Positions 1 through 9,768 are shown, counted from the stretch's first letter. The stretch: 64,000 nucleotides of DNA from a virus (IMGVR_UViG_3300005458_000014:1-64000), one strand, 5' to 3'. The notes: a model not told the origin generated them from the sequence alone. Numbers and translations: made by a program.

Positions 1-516
1 GCCCCAGCTCAGCCGGGCCACTATGGCTCCGCCGTTGCGGCGGACGGTGCTTCCGTGGATGGTCAGCATGATGGTCTCCCTCCGGGCAAACCGGCCGCGG
101 GCGCGCAGCGCCTCGGACCGGGGGATGATCCCGCACGAGGGGCAGCCGCGCCGGGCGCTGCCCATGGTCTTGATCCGGCGCTCCTCGCGGCGATCACCGG
201 CCCAGACCCGGGCCAGGTGCCAGGTGACGCCCAGCCGCCGGGCCCGCTTCAGGAACTTCGCGCCCTGGGCGCCAGTCCGGTGGTCGATCATGCGCTGTAC
301 CAGGCGGCCCTCATGGCACCACCCGATGTAGTGCCGGAAGACCGTGCCGCTGGTGATCTCGCCGGCCTCGTACGCCCGGACCGGCTGACCCTTGGCGTAC
401 AGCAGGCCCCGGTCCAGGTGCAGCAGGTAGATGATGCCGCGCGGGTCGGCCAGATCGATCGCGGCCGGGTCGAGCCCCCGAAGGCAGGGCACCGGCTCCA
501 GCAGGACGGCGGTCAT
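1..516 (-). CDS. GIY-YIG-like nuclease, truncated at window edge
   Basis: Manual translation from ATG 516: IIYLLHLD...RHYIGWCHEGRLVQRMIDHRTGAQGAKFL, C-terminal CPSC. Open to the window edge, so absent from the ORF track. Confidence 0.6.
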   Translation of the reverse strand, partial: MTAVLLEPVPCLRGLDPAAIDLADPRGIIYLLHLDRGLLYAKGQPVRAYEAGEITSGTVFRHYIGWCHEGRLVQRMIDHRTGAQGAKFLKRARRLGVTWHLARVWAGDRREERRIKTMGSARRGCPSCGIIPRSEALRARGRFARRETIMLTIHGSTVRRNGGAIVARLSWG

Positions 517-559
517 GACCTGAACTCCCGGGCGCCCCGGGCCGGCCGCGCGATGATCC

Positions 560-1426
560 TCACGCTGCCACCTCCGCGGAGGTCAGCTCCGGCAGCTCGT
601 CAGTGATCCGGCGGGCAGCCTGCTGGATGCGGGTACCGCAGGTCCTGATCATCTTGCGGGCGGCCTCGGGGTCACCCTGCATCCAGCCCAGGACATAACC
701 GAAGCTGTAGCCGCTGGTGTCGGCGCCCAGGGTGGCGGCGGCGATGTAGGCGACGGACTCGGCCTCCAGCTCGTTCCGGCCGTTGCTGCCCTCTCCCTCG
801 TGCATCAGGACATGCGCGGCCTCGTGCAGCGCGGTCTTGAACTGTGCCATCGTGTCCCGGCCATCGGTCGCGATCAGCACCGACTTGCCGGCCCAGGAGG
901 TACGGCCGTTGACCTGCGAGGCGGGGTGATCAATGAACGGGACGAAGGCGACCGAGAAGCCCTGGCTCTCGATGAAGGCCACGACCCGGTCCAGCAGCCC
1001 GGCGGGCGCCTCGCCCGTCAGCCGCTTCACGGGCTCGGGCAGCTCGGCGCCCTCAGTCTGGGAGACATCAAAGACCGGGACCGGGACGAAGAACGTGGAG
1101 CGCTTGACCTCTCCGGTCTCCTCGTCCTCGGTCTTGCGGGTGGCCGGGGCCCAGATCCAGATGGCCCGCTCGCCCTTGATCACGTTGCGCCCCAGGGACA
1201 GCCATCCGGTGGACCCGTCCTTCTTGCCGTAGCTCATGACCCGGGTGGCGTGCGGGCACTGGGCCATGATCAGCATCGTGTTGCCGAAGCTGTAGGTGCG
1301 GAACCGGGCCTGCACATCCAGGTAGGCCTGCCAGGCGCCCGTGGTCACCAGGGCGGAAATGCCGTCAGACAGCTTCTGGGTGATCTCGGCCCGCCGGTCG
1401 GTCTTGCTGTTCCTCGTGCTCGTCAT
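560..1426 (-). CDS. ardC: ArdC-like ssDNA-binding (DUF1738) protein with HExxH metallopeptidase domain
   Basis: RFRTYSFGNTMLIMAQCP, W..LGR.V.KGE, VPVFDVSQTEG, LHEAAH, ELEAESVAY, YSFGYVLGW. Leaderless promoter with TAAGAT 6 nt upstream of the ATG. Confidence 0.85.
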   Translation of the reverse strand: MTSTRNSKTDRRAEITQKLSDGISALVTTGAWQAYLDVQARFRTYSFGNTMLIMAQCPHATRVMSYGKKDGSTGWLSLGRNVIKGERAIWIWAPATRKTEDEETGEVKRSTFFVPVPVFDVSQTEGAELPEPVKRLTGEAPAGLLDRVVAFIESQGFSVAFVPFIDHPASQVNGRTSWAGKSVLIATDGRDTMAQFKTALHEAAHVLMHEGEGSNGRNELEAESVAYIAAATLGADTSGYSFGYVLGWMQGDPEAARKMIRTCGTRIQQAARRITDELPELTSAEVAA

Positions 1427-1491
1427 AGGACCATCTTAGCAAGAAAAGCTGTATTGCACAACCGGTATACCGGGTCGGCCAGGACACGAGA

Positions 1492-1525
1492 GAGGGCCCG
1501 GCGGGCTGGTGGCCGCCGGGCCCTC
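1492..1525 (-). terminator. GC-rich hairpin terminator
   Basis: GAGGGCCCGGCGG...CCGCCGGGCCCTC inverted repeat after the stop of 1539..3377. Confidence 0.6.
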
Positions 1526-1538
1526 AGGTCAGCCGGGA

Positions 1539-3377
1539 CTACTGCTCGCGGGCCACGTCCCACAGCTCCTCGTTCGGGCGGGGGTTCTCGACCCGGTCGA
1601 TCTCGGTCTGGTGATCCCGGCGGAACATGTCCGCCAGCTCCTGGGCCGCGGGCTCCAGGCCCGACATCATCTTCAGGAACTCATCAGCCGCGGCCTTGGT
1701 GGCGGGGTTGGTGGGCATGCCGTCCTGCATGGTGGCGACGATCCCGGCAACTCCCGAGGTCATCTCCCTCATGGACTCCGGCATGCCGTCGAAGGTCCCG
1801 ATCATGTCGCCGGGGCCCTCGGGCTGCCAGGTGCTGACCGCCTTGCTGAAATCCTCGGCGGCCCGGGTGATAGGCGAGGCCATGGATCCTCCTCCTCCTA
1901 GTGGTGCCCGCTCCGCCGGGGTGCGGTACGGGACGGTCTCAGGACGCCGGGTAGCGGATGCTGCCGGGGCCGGCATCCGGCCGTCCTCGGGGTCAGCGCG
2001 CCGGGACGGGGGCCGGACCACGTAGGCCGGACCCGCCTGGCGGGCACTGCGGCGCCGTCTCCAGAATAGCAAGGAACCTGCCAGGATGGAGCCACCCGCT
2101 GCCCAGGCTGCCGCACGGGACCGCAGCGGGGCGCGCGTAGCCCGCCAGTTCGAGAACCGCGAGTACACCGCCAGGGGCTGCACAGCGCCCCAGGCGCGGC
2201 GGGCGCCCGAGCGCACGCGGGGAGCGGCATACCGCACTCCCCGGCGGGACTGCGCGCGTCCCCAGGCGATGCCCTGGCGGCTCAGGCGGCGCGCATGACG
2301 CCACCGGCCGCCCGCTGCCGCCCGCTGCGCGTTGCGCTGGTTCCGGCGCGCCTCGGCCGCCATCAGCCGGGCATCCTTGCGGTCCTGCCGGCCGCCGGCC
2401 TTCGCGTTCTTCCGGTTCTGCCGGCGGAGCTTCCTCGCCTGGGTACGCTGCCGCCCGGCGGCGGTCGGGTTGCGCAGGAACCGGCCGAAGGCCCGGGTGC
2501 GCCGCAGCCGCCGGCGGCCGACGGCGTTCGCCGGCGCGGGCTGCTGGGCCGCTGCCTGCTGGCGTGCGGCCCGGGCCTGGCGCGCCTGGGACTTCTGCGC
2601 GCGCCGGTACTGGCGCCGCTGGCCCGGCCGGAACATGCTCGGCCGCCCGCCCGGGAACCCGGGAACCGCGCCGCCGCGCCGCCCGAGCGCGCTGCGCCGC
2701 CCGGGCTGGCCCGAGGCCGTCATCCGGGCGGCGCGCCGGGCCTGGCGCCGGGCCTGGCGCGGGCTCGCTGCACTACCGGGGACGGCACGGCCGCGCCGTC
2801 CGCCGCCGAACGGGTGCCGCAGAGTGCGCCGGCCGCGGGCACCTGGTACCGCGGGCGGGCCGCCGCGGTGACGGCCAGACCGGGACCCGGCACCGCCGGC
2901 GCCCTTGCGGCCGAAGGGATTCAGGCGTGCCAGGCCCTTACGGCCGGACCCTCCGCCGCTAGTGCCCTTCCGGCCGCCGGCGGCGCCTCCTGACCGTCCC
3001 TTGCGGCCGAGCAGGCCCCCTCCGGCCCGGCCACCTCCGGCGGTGCGTCCACGGCCGAGCCCGGGCAGGCCGCGGCGCTGGCCGCCCTTCTGCCCGCGGG
3101 TGATGGTCCGGGTCGTGCGCTGCCGCCGCATCCCGCGGCGGCGCGGTCCGAACGGCGCGAAGTGCCGCCGCAGGTGCGGATAGAAGCGCAGGATCAGCAG
3201 CCCGAGGACCGCGATGATCACGGCAATGATGATGATGACAGCCATGCCGCCGCCGGCTGCATGTGCCAGGGCGGCCCCTCCGATGGCCAGCAGCAGGAGA
3301 AGCATGACCCCGCGCCGCCGGCGTGGCCGGCGCGGCGCGGTGGTCTCCGGGGTGGCTTCCTCAGCCAACTGCGACAC
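1539..3377 (-). CDS. Membrane-anchored Arg/Gly-rich protein of conjugation (Spd-like) module; probable internal start at 1883
   Basis: Two N-terminal TM segments, long basic low-complexity region. GGAGGAGGAGG precedes an in-frame ATG (MASPITRAAEDF) for an acidic helical C-terminal domain. Confidence 0.6.
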   Translation of the reverse strand: MSQLAEEATPETTAPRRPRRRRGVMLLLLLAIGGAALAHAAGGGMAVIIIIAVIIAVLGLLILRFYPHLRRHFAPFGPRRRGMRRQRTTRTITRGQKGGQRRGLPGLGRGRTAGGGRAGGGLLGRKGRSGGAAGGRKGTSGGGSGRKGLARLNPFGRKGAGGAGSRSGRHRGGPPAVPGARGRRTLRHPFGGGRRGRAVPGSAASPRQARRQARRAARMTASGQPGRRSALGRRGGAVPGFPGGRPSMFRPGQRRQYRRAQKSQARQARAARQQAAAQQPAPANAVGRRRLRRTRAFGRFLRNPTAAGRQRTQARKLRRQNRKNAKAGGRQDRKDARLMAAEARRNQRNAQRAAAGGRWRHARRLSRQGIAWGRAQSRRGVRYAAPRVRSGARRAWGAVQPLAVYSRFSNWRATRAPLRSRAAAWAAGGSILAGSLLFWRRRRSARQAGPAYVVRPPSRRADPEDGRMPAPAASATRRPETVPYRTPAERAPLGGGGSMASPITRAAEDFSKAVSTWQPEGPGDMIGTFDGMPESMREMTSGVAGIVATMQDGMPTNPATKAAADEFLKMMSGLEPAAQELADMFRRDHQTEIDRVENPRPNEELWDVAREQ

Positions 3378-4539
3378 CTCCAGGGATGAACTGGCGGGGC
3401 GTGGCGATCAGCTCGCCACCGTGCCCGTTGCCCGCGGCCGGGACGGCCACGGGACGACTTGCGGGCTTCTGGGACTCGGCCGCCCGGCGGGCGGTCAGCA
3501 GGCGGCCAGCCAGCCGGCGCTGATCCGAGGACTCGGACAGGAACCGGGCGACCGCCCGGCCGGCCGGCAGCTCATCGACGGGCAGTCCGGCCAGCCACTC
3601 CTCGGCCTCCTGGACGCGCTCATCGGAGACGCCCTCGGGAATCCGGGACTCAGCGGCCAGGTGCGCCTCGGCGTGGTGCACGGCGGGCGGGGTCACTGGC
3701 GCGCCGGCAGGGGCGGGGCGGGCGGGCGCCTGGCGCGGGACTGGCACGGCGGCAGCCTCGATGGCCGGCGCGGCCTGGCGCGCCACCTCCGGCGCGGGCT
3801 CCTGCGCCACTGGCACGGCCGGGGGCGGCGCGGCGCGGTTGCCCTGGCGCGGCTGGCGCGGCGCGGCGTCCTGGCGCGCGGCACGGATCTGCACCGGGCC
3901 GTGCTCCATGTAGTCGTCGATGGCCTCCTGCGGGCTGGTCGTGCCGAGCCAGGTGGCACGGCGCATGACCCGGACCCAGCCAACCGGGTGCCAGGCGGCG
4001 CGGGTAGTGCCCAGGCGCACCGCGTGCGGCTCGATCAGGCCCTGGGCCATCAGCTTGTCGCGGCTGACCCGGCGAGAGTGCGTGGCCCACAGCCACGGGG
4101 AGATCGAGGACATCAGGCCGAAGGTAAGCGCGGCAACGGTCGGCCGCCAGTGGTCAGCGAAGTGGCTGTAGTTCATGCCCCCGATGACCAGGGCCAGGAG
4201 ATAGGAGGCACCGCGGATGCGGGCCGTGGCGTCGTTCGAGACCTGGGCCAGGTGAGCCTGATAGGCCAGGCCGACGGCGATCGACTCCAGGGTCAGCGCA
4301 ACCAGCACGATCCATCCGTGCGCTACCGGCAGGTGATCCCGCAGGTAGGCGTACTGGCCGATGAAGGCGACGATGTTGACCGCGATGATGGGAACGGCGG
4401 TCAGGACGGCGCTCATCCCGTGGCGGAAGCCGGCGGTGCGAACCCAGGCGGCAAACCGCCCGGAAGGCTGGATTACCAGGTCCTCCAGCAGCTCAGCGGC
4501 GATCTCAGAGTTCACCGCGCCCTTGCTCACCATGATCAT
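3361..4539 (-). CDS. DUF2637/SpdA-like multi-TM plasmid spread protein
   Basis: Four TM segments (VALTLESIAVGL, LALVIGGMNYSH) then a Pro/Ala linker; divergent from TraB; GAGGAG SD. Confidence 0.6.
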   Translation of the reverse strand: MIMVSKGAVNSEIAAELLEDLVIQPSGRFAAWVRTAGFRHGMSAVLTAVPIIAVNIVAFIGQYAYLRDHLPVAHGWIVLVALTLESIAVGLAYQAHLAQVSNDATARIRGASYLLALVIGGMNYSHFADHWRPTVAALTFGLMSSISPWLWATHSRRVSRDKLMAQGLIEPHAVRLGTTRAAWHPVGWVRVMRRATWLGTTSPQEAIDDYMEHGPVQIRAARQDAAPRQPRQGNRAAPPPAVPVAQEPAPEVARQAAPAIEAAAVPVPRQAPARPAPAGAPVTPPAVHHAEAHLAAESRIPEGVSDERVQEAEEWLAGLPVDELPAGRAVARFLSESSDQRRLAGRLLTARRAAESQKPASRPVAVPAAGNGHGGELIATPRQFIPGGVAVG

Positions 4540-4599
4540 CTTCTCCTCGTGTCGTGTCCTCAGCACCATCACATTATCAAGAAAACCTATATTCGTCCA

Positions 4600-4860
4600 A
4601 GGTCGCACCGCCGGACCCCGGGTTTTCCGGGGTCAGGGCCCTGCCTCGGTCACAGTCACAGCCCCTGACCTGGGAACCCTCGAAAGTGTGATCGGAGAGT
4701 GATCCAGTGACTGTGACCTGTCTCGAACAAGGTTCCTTGCCAGGATTCCGGGCCCGGATCACAGTGATCCTGTTTGGACGGGACCGCGATCGGTGATCAC
4801 TAGCAATGAAACTGATATTTTCAGTGTTACCCATAGGAACGACTGATCACTACCTGAGGA
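4600..4860. repeat. Repeat-rich intergenic region, candidate cis-acting transfer locus or operator array
   Basis: 12-bp inverted repeat GGTCACAGTCAC 4648-4659 / 4708-4719, plus several GTGATC/GATCAC copies. Confidence 0.5.
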
Positions 4861-4867
4861 GCCCGAG

Positions 4868-6850
4868 GTGACTACCCCAGACCACGCCAGGGTGTGGGAG
4901 CACGTAGCCGAGTGGAGCGGCGTGGCTGCCCTGACGGCATTCGCGGCCATCGCGCTCGGCCCGCAGCTGCAAATCCCCGGCTGGGCTCCGGCCATCATCT
5001 GGTGCGCCATCGCCATTGTCGGCGCGATCACGGCCGGAGTGCTCATGGAATCCGGCGCGGCCGGCACATGGGTCCTGGCGCTCGGCGGATGGCTCGCCGG
5101 CTGGAGCGCCTGGGCCGGGGACCGCGGCATATGGCACGCTGTGGTCGTGGTCGCCTGGCTCATCGGCCTGCTGATCCTGGTCCCGGCCGGCGCGCTGATC
5201 ATCGGCGCGACCCTGCGGCGTCAGCCGAAGCCTGCTGCCCTGGAGGCCGCGCCGGACGATGCTGAGGCAGCGCGCCAGCGGGAGCTGGAGCAGTGGGATC
5301 ACATGTGGTCCGAACTCGGCTTCACCGGGGTGGTGACCGAGGAAGTCGCCCGGGAGCGCGGCAACCGGGTGGCCCGGATCACCCTCCCCCGCACCGGCCA
5401 GGTAACCCTGCGCCGGCTGGAGGAGGCCGCCCAGCCAATGGAAGTGATCTTCCACCTCCAGCCGAACTCGGTGGACTTCGAGCACGGCTCGCACTCCGGG
5501 GAGGCTGTCGTCCGGCTGCGGGAGACGGACTCGCTGGCCGATTCGGTCTCGCTGACCAAGCAGTACTACGCGCGGACCATCACCAAGCCGATCCCGGTCG
5601 GCATGCTGGAGACCGGCCCGGTCGCCACGATCAAGATGCGCGAGATTCACGGCTACATCGTCGGCATGACGGGCGCCGGCAAGTCCAACCTGCTGAACGT
5701 TCTCATCGGCCAGACCGGCCGGTGCGTGGACACCATCATCTGGGCCATCGACATGAAGGGCGGCCGGTTCGCCCGGCCCTGGATCCAGCCCTGGATCAAC
5801 GAAGAGGCCGACAGCCCCGTCTTCGACTGGGTGGCTACCACCAGGGAGGAGGCCGCGCTGATGATGAACTGCTTCATCGCGGCCATCGATACCAGGTCCC
5901 GGTCCGGCAAGGGCGGTTCCAAGATCAATCCGAAGGCCTCGATGCCGCAGATCATCCTGCTGACCGATGAGATGGCCGTGCTGTTCAGCCCCGAGCGGGG
6001 CCGCCGCGGTGACCTGGCCGAGGGAGCCACGACCAACTTCGACTTCCTGGCCAAGGCCGTCTCTGTCATCCAGATGGGCCGGTCCGAGGCATGCAGCAGC
6101 ATCTGGGCCACCCAGCGGGGCACCAACTCGATGGCCGGCTCCAATGACATGAAGTCCCAGTGCGACCTGAAGATCCTGCTGGGCGTGGCCGACGAGGCCG
6201 AGGCCCGGTACCTGCTGACCGATGACCGGGCCGCGCAGAAGCGGGCCGCGGCAGCCCGGAGCATCAGGGGCGCCGGGGTCATCCAGCAGGGCCGCACCTC
6301 CACCCCGATGGTGAAGTTCTTCCACCACGATCACCCGCTGGATCCCGACAGCGAGACCGAGCAGAGCCTGTGCGAGGACGGCTGCGTGCCGGAGTGCCCG
6401 GTCCGTAAGTCGGCCATCGAGATCGGCCGGATGCGCCCGAAGATGGACCTGATGACCGCTCAGGGCATGGGAGAGGACTACGCCCGGCGGTGGGAGCGCG
6501 CCCGGGACGAGGGCCTGCTGACCCGGGCGGCCCCCGTCATCACCGCCGCGGTGGAGACCGACAGCTTCGAGGACATCATGACCGGCGGCGGGATGAGTGA
6601 TCCGGAGAAGGACACCCATCCGGCCCGGGTCCGGATGCGCGAGATCCTGGCCGCCCGGGGCGTGACGGGAGCCACCCCCAAGACCCTGGGGTACAAGCTG
6701 GAGGAGGATGGCCTGCCGGTCGCCCGGGAAACCATCCAGCGGTGGCTGGCCAAGGATGCCGAGAAGGACTACGTGCACCAGGCCAGGTTCGGCCTGTGGC
6801 GGATCGGGCCGGACCCGGCGCGGCAGACCGACCCGGGCACCGCCGCCTAG
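4868..6850 (+). CDS. traB: TraB-like FtsK/SpoIIIE conjugative DNA translocase
   Basis: N-terminal TMs, Walker A GMTGAGKS, IDMKGG, Walker B ILLTDE, ATQR, C-terminal wHTH-like domain. Confidence 0.8.
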   Translation: MTTPDHARVWEHVAEWSGVAALTAFAAIALGPQLQIPGWAPAIIWCAIAIVGAITAGVLMESGAAGTWVLALGGWLAGWSAWAGDRGIWHAVVVVAWLIGLLILVPAGALIIGATLRRQPKPAALEAAPDDAEAARQRELEQWDHMWSELGFTGVVTEEVARERGNRVARITLPRTGQVTLRRLEEAAQPMEVIFHLQPNSVDFEHGSHSGEAVVRLRETDSLADSVSLTKQYYARTITKPIPVGMLETGPVATIKMREIHGYIVGMTGAGKSNLLNVLIGQTGRCVDTIIWAIDMKGGRFARPWIQPWINEEADSPVFDWVATTREEAALMMNCFIAAIDTRSRSGKGGSKINPKASMPQIILLTDEMAVLFSPERGRRGDLAEGATTNFDFLAKAVSVIQMGRSEACSSIWATQRGTNSMAGSNDMKSQCDLKILLGVADEAEARYLLTDDRAAQKRAAAARSIRGAGVIQQGRTSTPMVKFFHHDHPLDPDSETEQSLCEDGCVPECPVRKSAIEIGRMRPKMDLMTAQGMGEDYARRWERARDEGLLTRAAPVITAAVETDSFEDIMTGGGMSDPEKDTHPARVRMREILAARGVTGATPKTLGYKLEEDGLPVARETIQRWLAKDAEKDYVHQARFGLWRIGPDPARQTDPGTAA

Positions 6851-7575
6851 GCCTTAGCCGGTGCCTCGCCGGCATCCTGAGGGGCCTCCGGGGCCTCTTC
6901 AGGCGTGCCGGCAGGCAGTGGCAGGGGCGGCTGCCCGGCGGCCGTCAGGGCCCGCTGAGCCTCGGCATCCAGGCCACCGCGCTCGGCGTCGGCCGACAGC
7001 AGCCGACCCGTCACCTCGTGCACCTGAGCCAGGTGATGGCGGGCCGCCTCGTGCTGCTCGATCATGACCTGAAGCCGCTGCGCGGCTCCCTCGCTGACCG
7101 CGGCGGAGTGCGCGGCGGCCTCGCTGGTCATCCGCCGGGCCTCAGCCCGGGCGCCGGTCAGCACCGTCTCGGACTGCTCGCGGGCCCCGGCCGCCACCCG
7201 GTCGGACTCGTCCCTGGCGGCCTGGAGGATCTGCTCAGCCTCAATCCGGGCGTCAGCCAGGACCTGGGCCACCTCGGCCTCAGCCGCCGCCTGGTTCTGG
7301 GTGACCTCGGCAGCGGCCAGCTTCATCAGGTCCGAGACCAGCTTGGGGGCCTCGGGAGAGCGGGCGGCCGTCTTCAGGATCGTCCCGGCCTCGTGTCCGA
7401 CATGCTGCTCCAGCTGCCGGAGCCGTGACAGCAGCCGGTGGATGAAATCATCCACCTGCCCCTTGTGATAGCCGCCGTCGGTCTCCTCGAAGGCGGGAAG
7501 TGCGGGGTCATGGATGACGGGCTGGACCGCGGTGCCGGCCGGGCCGGTCGGCTGGGCGTTGTCTCCGGTGCTCAT
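6847..7575 (-). CDS. DivIVA-domain coiled-coil protein
   Basis: F..TDGGYHKGQVDDFIHRL followed by AR.EAEQILQAAR coiled-coil repeats. Confidence 0.7.
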   Translation of the reverse strand: MSTGDNAQPTGPAGTAVQPVIHDPALPAFEETDGGYHKGQVDDFIHRLLSRLRQLEQHVGHEAGTILKTAARSPEAPKLVSDLMKLAAAEVTQNQAAAEAEVAQVLADARIEAEQILQAARDESDRVAAGAREQSETVLTGARAEARRMTSEAAAHSAAVSEGAAQRLQVMIEQHEAARHHLAQVHEVTGRLLSADAERGGLDAEAQRALTAAGQPPLPLPAGTPEEAPEAPQDAGEAPAKA

Positions 7576-7610
7576 GGTCAGGTCCTCCGGGTTCGCTGGC
7601 GGGATTGCGG

Positions 7611-7796
7611 TCAGGTGTCATAAACCCCGTCGGACAGGCCGGGAGCCTGGACCCAGGAGTCAGTAGCGAGCGGGCCGTAGACACCCAGGCCGCCAGGCGC
7701 AAAGTTACCGGGCGTGATGATAATCCGCTGCGTTAGCACGGAAGCCGACAGCGCCGGGACGGCTGCCAGCGCCGCGCTCGCGCTCACCATGGCCAT
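7611..7796 (-). CDS. Small hypothetical protein
   Basis: 61 aa MAMVSASAALAAVPALSAS; TGATG overlap with upstream gene. Confidence 0.5.
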   Translation of the reverse strand: MAMVSASAALAAVPALSASVLTQRIIITPGNFAPGGLGVYGPLATDSWVQAPGLSDGVYDT

Positions 7797-8056
7797 CAGG
7801 CCCCCATCAGGCTCCCGGCCTGGACCTGGTCCGCCGTCAGCGCGTAAGTCGTGTCGGTGAAGCCCTGATCGGTCCCGTCGGCCAGCTGGCACTCGGCCTG
7901 GTTACCCGGGTCCCGGGTGGCGTCGGCAGCATCAGCCAGCGTGACCACCCCCTGGACCGGCACGAACTGCTTGGTCGTGGCATCGATCGCGCCGCCGCCG
8001 CTGTACTGGTCGGCGGCGGTCGCGACCGGGTAGGTCAGGACAGCCGGGTCCGCCAC
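7796..8056 (-). CDS. Hypothetical (likely virion) protein
   Basis: GTG start MADPAVLTYPV; coupled to neighbours, genome-typical codon usage. Confidence 0.6.
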   Translation of the reverse strand: MADPAVLTYPVATAADQYSGGGAIDATTKQFVPVQGVVTLADAADATRDPGNQAECQLADGTDQGFTDTTYALTADQVQAGSLMGA

Positions 8057-8057
8057 C

Positions 8058-8450
8058 TCAGGCCGCCAGGGTGAGCGATCCCGAGGCGATGGTGAAGGTA
8101 TCGCCCGCGTTGGTGGTCTTCGCCGCGGTGAGCGCGCCCCACCACAGCCGGACGGGCGTTCCCGCAGAGTCCCACAGCTCGATGCCATTGACCGTGGTGG
8201 CCGGCATGTTGGTCACCGTGACTGCCACGTTGGAGGCCTTCGAGCCGGCCGAGGCCGCGGCGAAGGTGACCTGGGGCGCGCCGGTCCCCGAGGTGTACCC
8301 GCCGCTGGTCGCCAGCTCGGTGCCGTTGGAGGTATTGGTGCCGTTCGCCGTCATCAGCCGGCAGGTGATGGGCGTGGTCGGCGCGGTGAAGGAGCCGCCG
8401 ACGCTGGCGTCCAGCAGCTTGTTCGAGAACGTCTGGTCGAGGCTAGACAC
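8058..8450 (-). CDS. Small beta-rich virion/tail-fibre-associated protein
   Basis: GTELATSGGY...WDSAG...WWGALTAAKTTNAGDTFTIASGSLTL, a common actinophage structural family. Confidence 0.7.
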   Translation of the reverse strand: MSSLDQTFSNKLLDASVGGSFTAPTTPITCRLMTANGTNTSNGTELATSGGYTSGTGAPQVTFAAASAGSKASNVAVTVTNMPATTVNGIELWDSAGTPVRLWWGALTAAKTTNAGDTFTIASGSLTLAA

Positions 8451-8646
8451 TGGCCGGGCTCCCGTTCAGGATCGTTAGGCAGGTTCCGTCGGGGCACCCG
8501 GCCTGAGCGCAGCAGCGGAAGTGGCGGCTGACCATCACCAGGCCGTTCTCAGCCGGCACCACTACCTGGTGGTGCGGCTGGTCATCGGTCTCGTGGCAGC
8601 CATCGCACTCGCGCTGGGCCCGCTCCGGGGTCTGCGGGTCGCTCAT
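8443..8646 (-). CDS. Small Cys/His-rich (Zn-binding) protein
   Basis: MSDPQ...RECDGCHETDDQPHH...RHFRCCAQAGCPDGTC; GGAGG SD. Confidence 0.7.
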   Translation of the reverse strand: MSDPQTPERAQRECDGCHETDDQPHHQVVVPAENGLVMVSRHFRCCAQAGCPDGTCLTILNGSPASV

Positions 8647-8683
8647 GGGGCACCTCCTGATCCTTCTGGGGTTGGGGGTCGGG

Positions 8684-9670
8684 TTACCAGGTCCGGAAGA
8701 CGGCGCTGGCGCCAACCGAGGACCGGGTGTCGGTCCGCTTGACATCCACCGTCGATACCGAGGACCAGCCGTGGTCGGGCACAATGTGCTCGGACTTACC
8801 GGTCGTGAGAGCGCGGGTGATGACCTGCGCGCCGTGCGCGTGATCGTGCAGGACCACGTGCACCACGGCGCCGGACTGACCGGCCAGGTCCAGCGCGCAG
8901 TACTTGTAGGCCGGCGGCTCCTTGTAGTCGGCCGCCCCGGCCCACACCGGGATGCTGACCGGGGGCTGTCCGGGGACCAGCGTGATGTGCATGTCGTCAT
9001 CTCCCTGCCTGTCGGCCTTGAGGGCGTCCGGGAGCACCCGGGCCGCGAGCTGGCCCTCCGGCCCGTGGAAGGCAGAGCAGTCCACGGCGCCGGAGATCCC
9101 GGCAATCGAGGCCTTGTCGGTGAACTGGAGCAGCAGCGGGGTCCGGCCGCCGTAGGGCGCCCACCAGGAGGCCGGCACCCGGGAGTAGAGGGCCGCAGGG
9201 TCACCCGAGCCCAGGACGTACTCGCTGGCCCACAGCCAGTCGCAGAACGTCAGGGACTGGCTGTCGGTGAACCAGTGCGGGGCGTAACCGCCGACCGGGT
9301 GCCGCGGGTACAGCTTCCGCAGCTCCCGGGTGGCGTCCACGGCCTGGGCATGGCTCGGGCTGCCGTCCGGCGCGCGCTCGAAGTCCACGACAATGCCAAA
9401 TCCGGACAAGCTCCCCGCATGCTTCGCGAAGAACTCTGCCTGGGCGCCGCCGGAGCCCTTAGCGTCCAGGAACAGGTAGGCCAGCGGCACGAACCCGTGC
9501 CGGGCGACCCGGAGCATGGCGGGCTTGGCGGCAGCCCAGCGGGGATTGACGTAAGTCAGCCCCTCGGTGACCTTCTCCGCGCCGAACCGGCAGACGGCGC
9601 TCACCCTGGCCCAGTCGGGGCTGCCCTGGAACGAGGAGCAGTCGGGGCCGTAGATAACTTTCCCGGTCAC
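8684..9670 (-). CDS. Endolysin, GH25 muramidase
   Basis: GPDCSSFQG, KVTEG..YVNP, VVDFE, LLQFTD, GISGAVDCS. Confidence 0.85.
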   Translation of the reverse strand: MTGKVIYGPDCSSFQGSPDWARVSAVCRFGAEKVTEGLTYVNPRWAAAKPAMLRVARHGFVPLAYLFLDAKGSGGAQAEFFAKHAGSLSGFGIVVDFERAPDGSPSHAQAVDATRELRKLYPRHPVGGYAPHWFTDSQSLTFCDWLWASEYVLGSGDPAALYSRVPASWWAPYGGRTPLLLQFTDKASIAGISGAVDCSAFHGPEGQLAARVLPDALKADRQGDDDMHITLVPGQPPVSIPVWAGAADYKEPPAYKYCALDLAGQSGAVVHVVLHDHAHGAQVITRALTTGKSEHIVPDHGWSSVSTVDVKRTDTRSSVGASAVFRTW

Positions 9671-9732
9671 ATACCTTCCGGGGCCCCGGATACCCCGTGG
9701 TAATGTCTGTCCCGAGGAACGAAGGTGACGTG

Positions 9733-9768
9733 CAGAGGCCCCGTCCGGCTAGCCGGGCAGGGCCTCTG
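9733..9768 (-). terminator. Hairpin terminator after DinG
   Basis: CAGAGGCCC...GGGCCTCTG inverted repeat. Confidence 0.6.

Noticed and set aside
4812-4824. 13-mer CTGATATTTTCAG also found at 33608
   Set aside because: Only two copies, one inside coding sequence; chance cannot be excluded.
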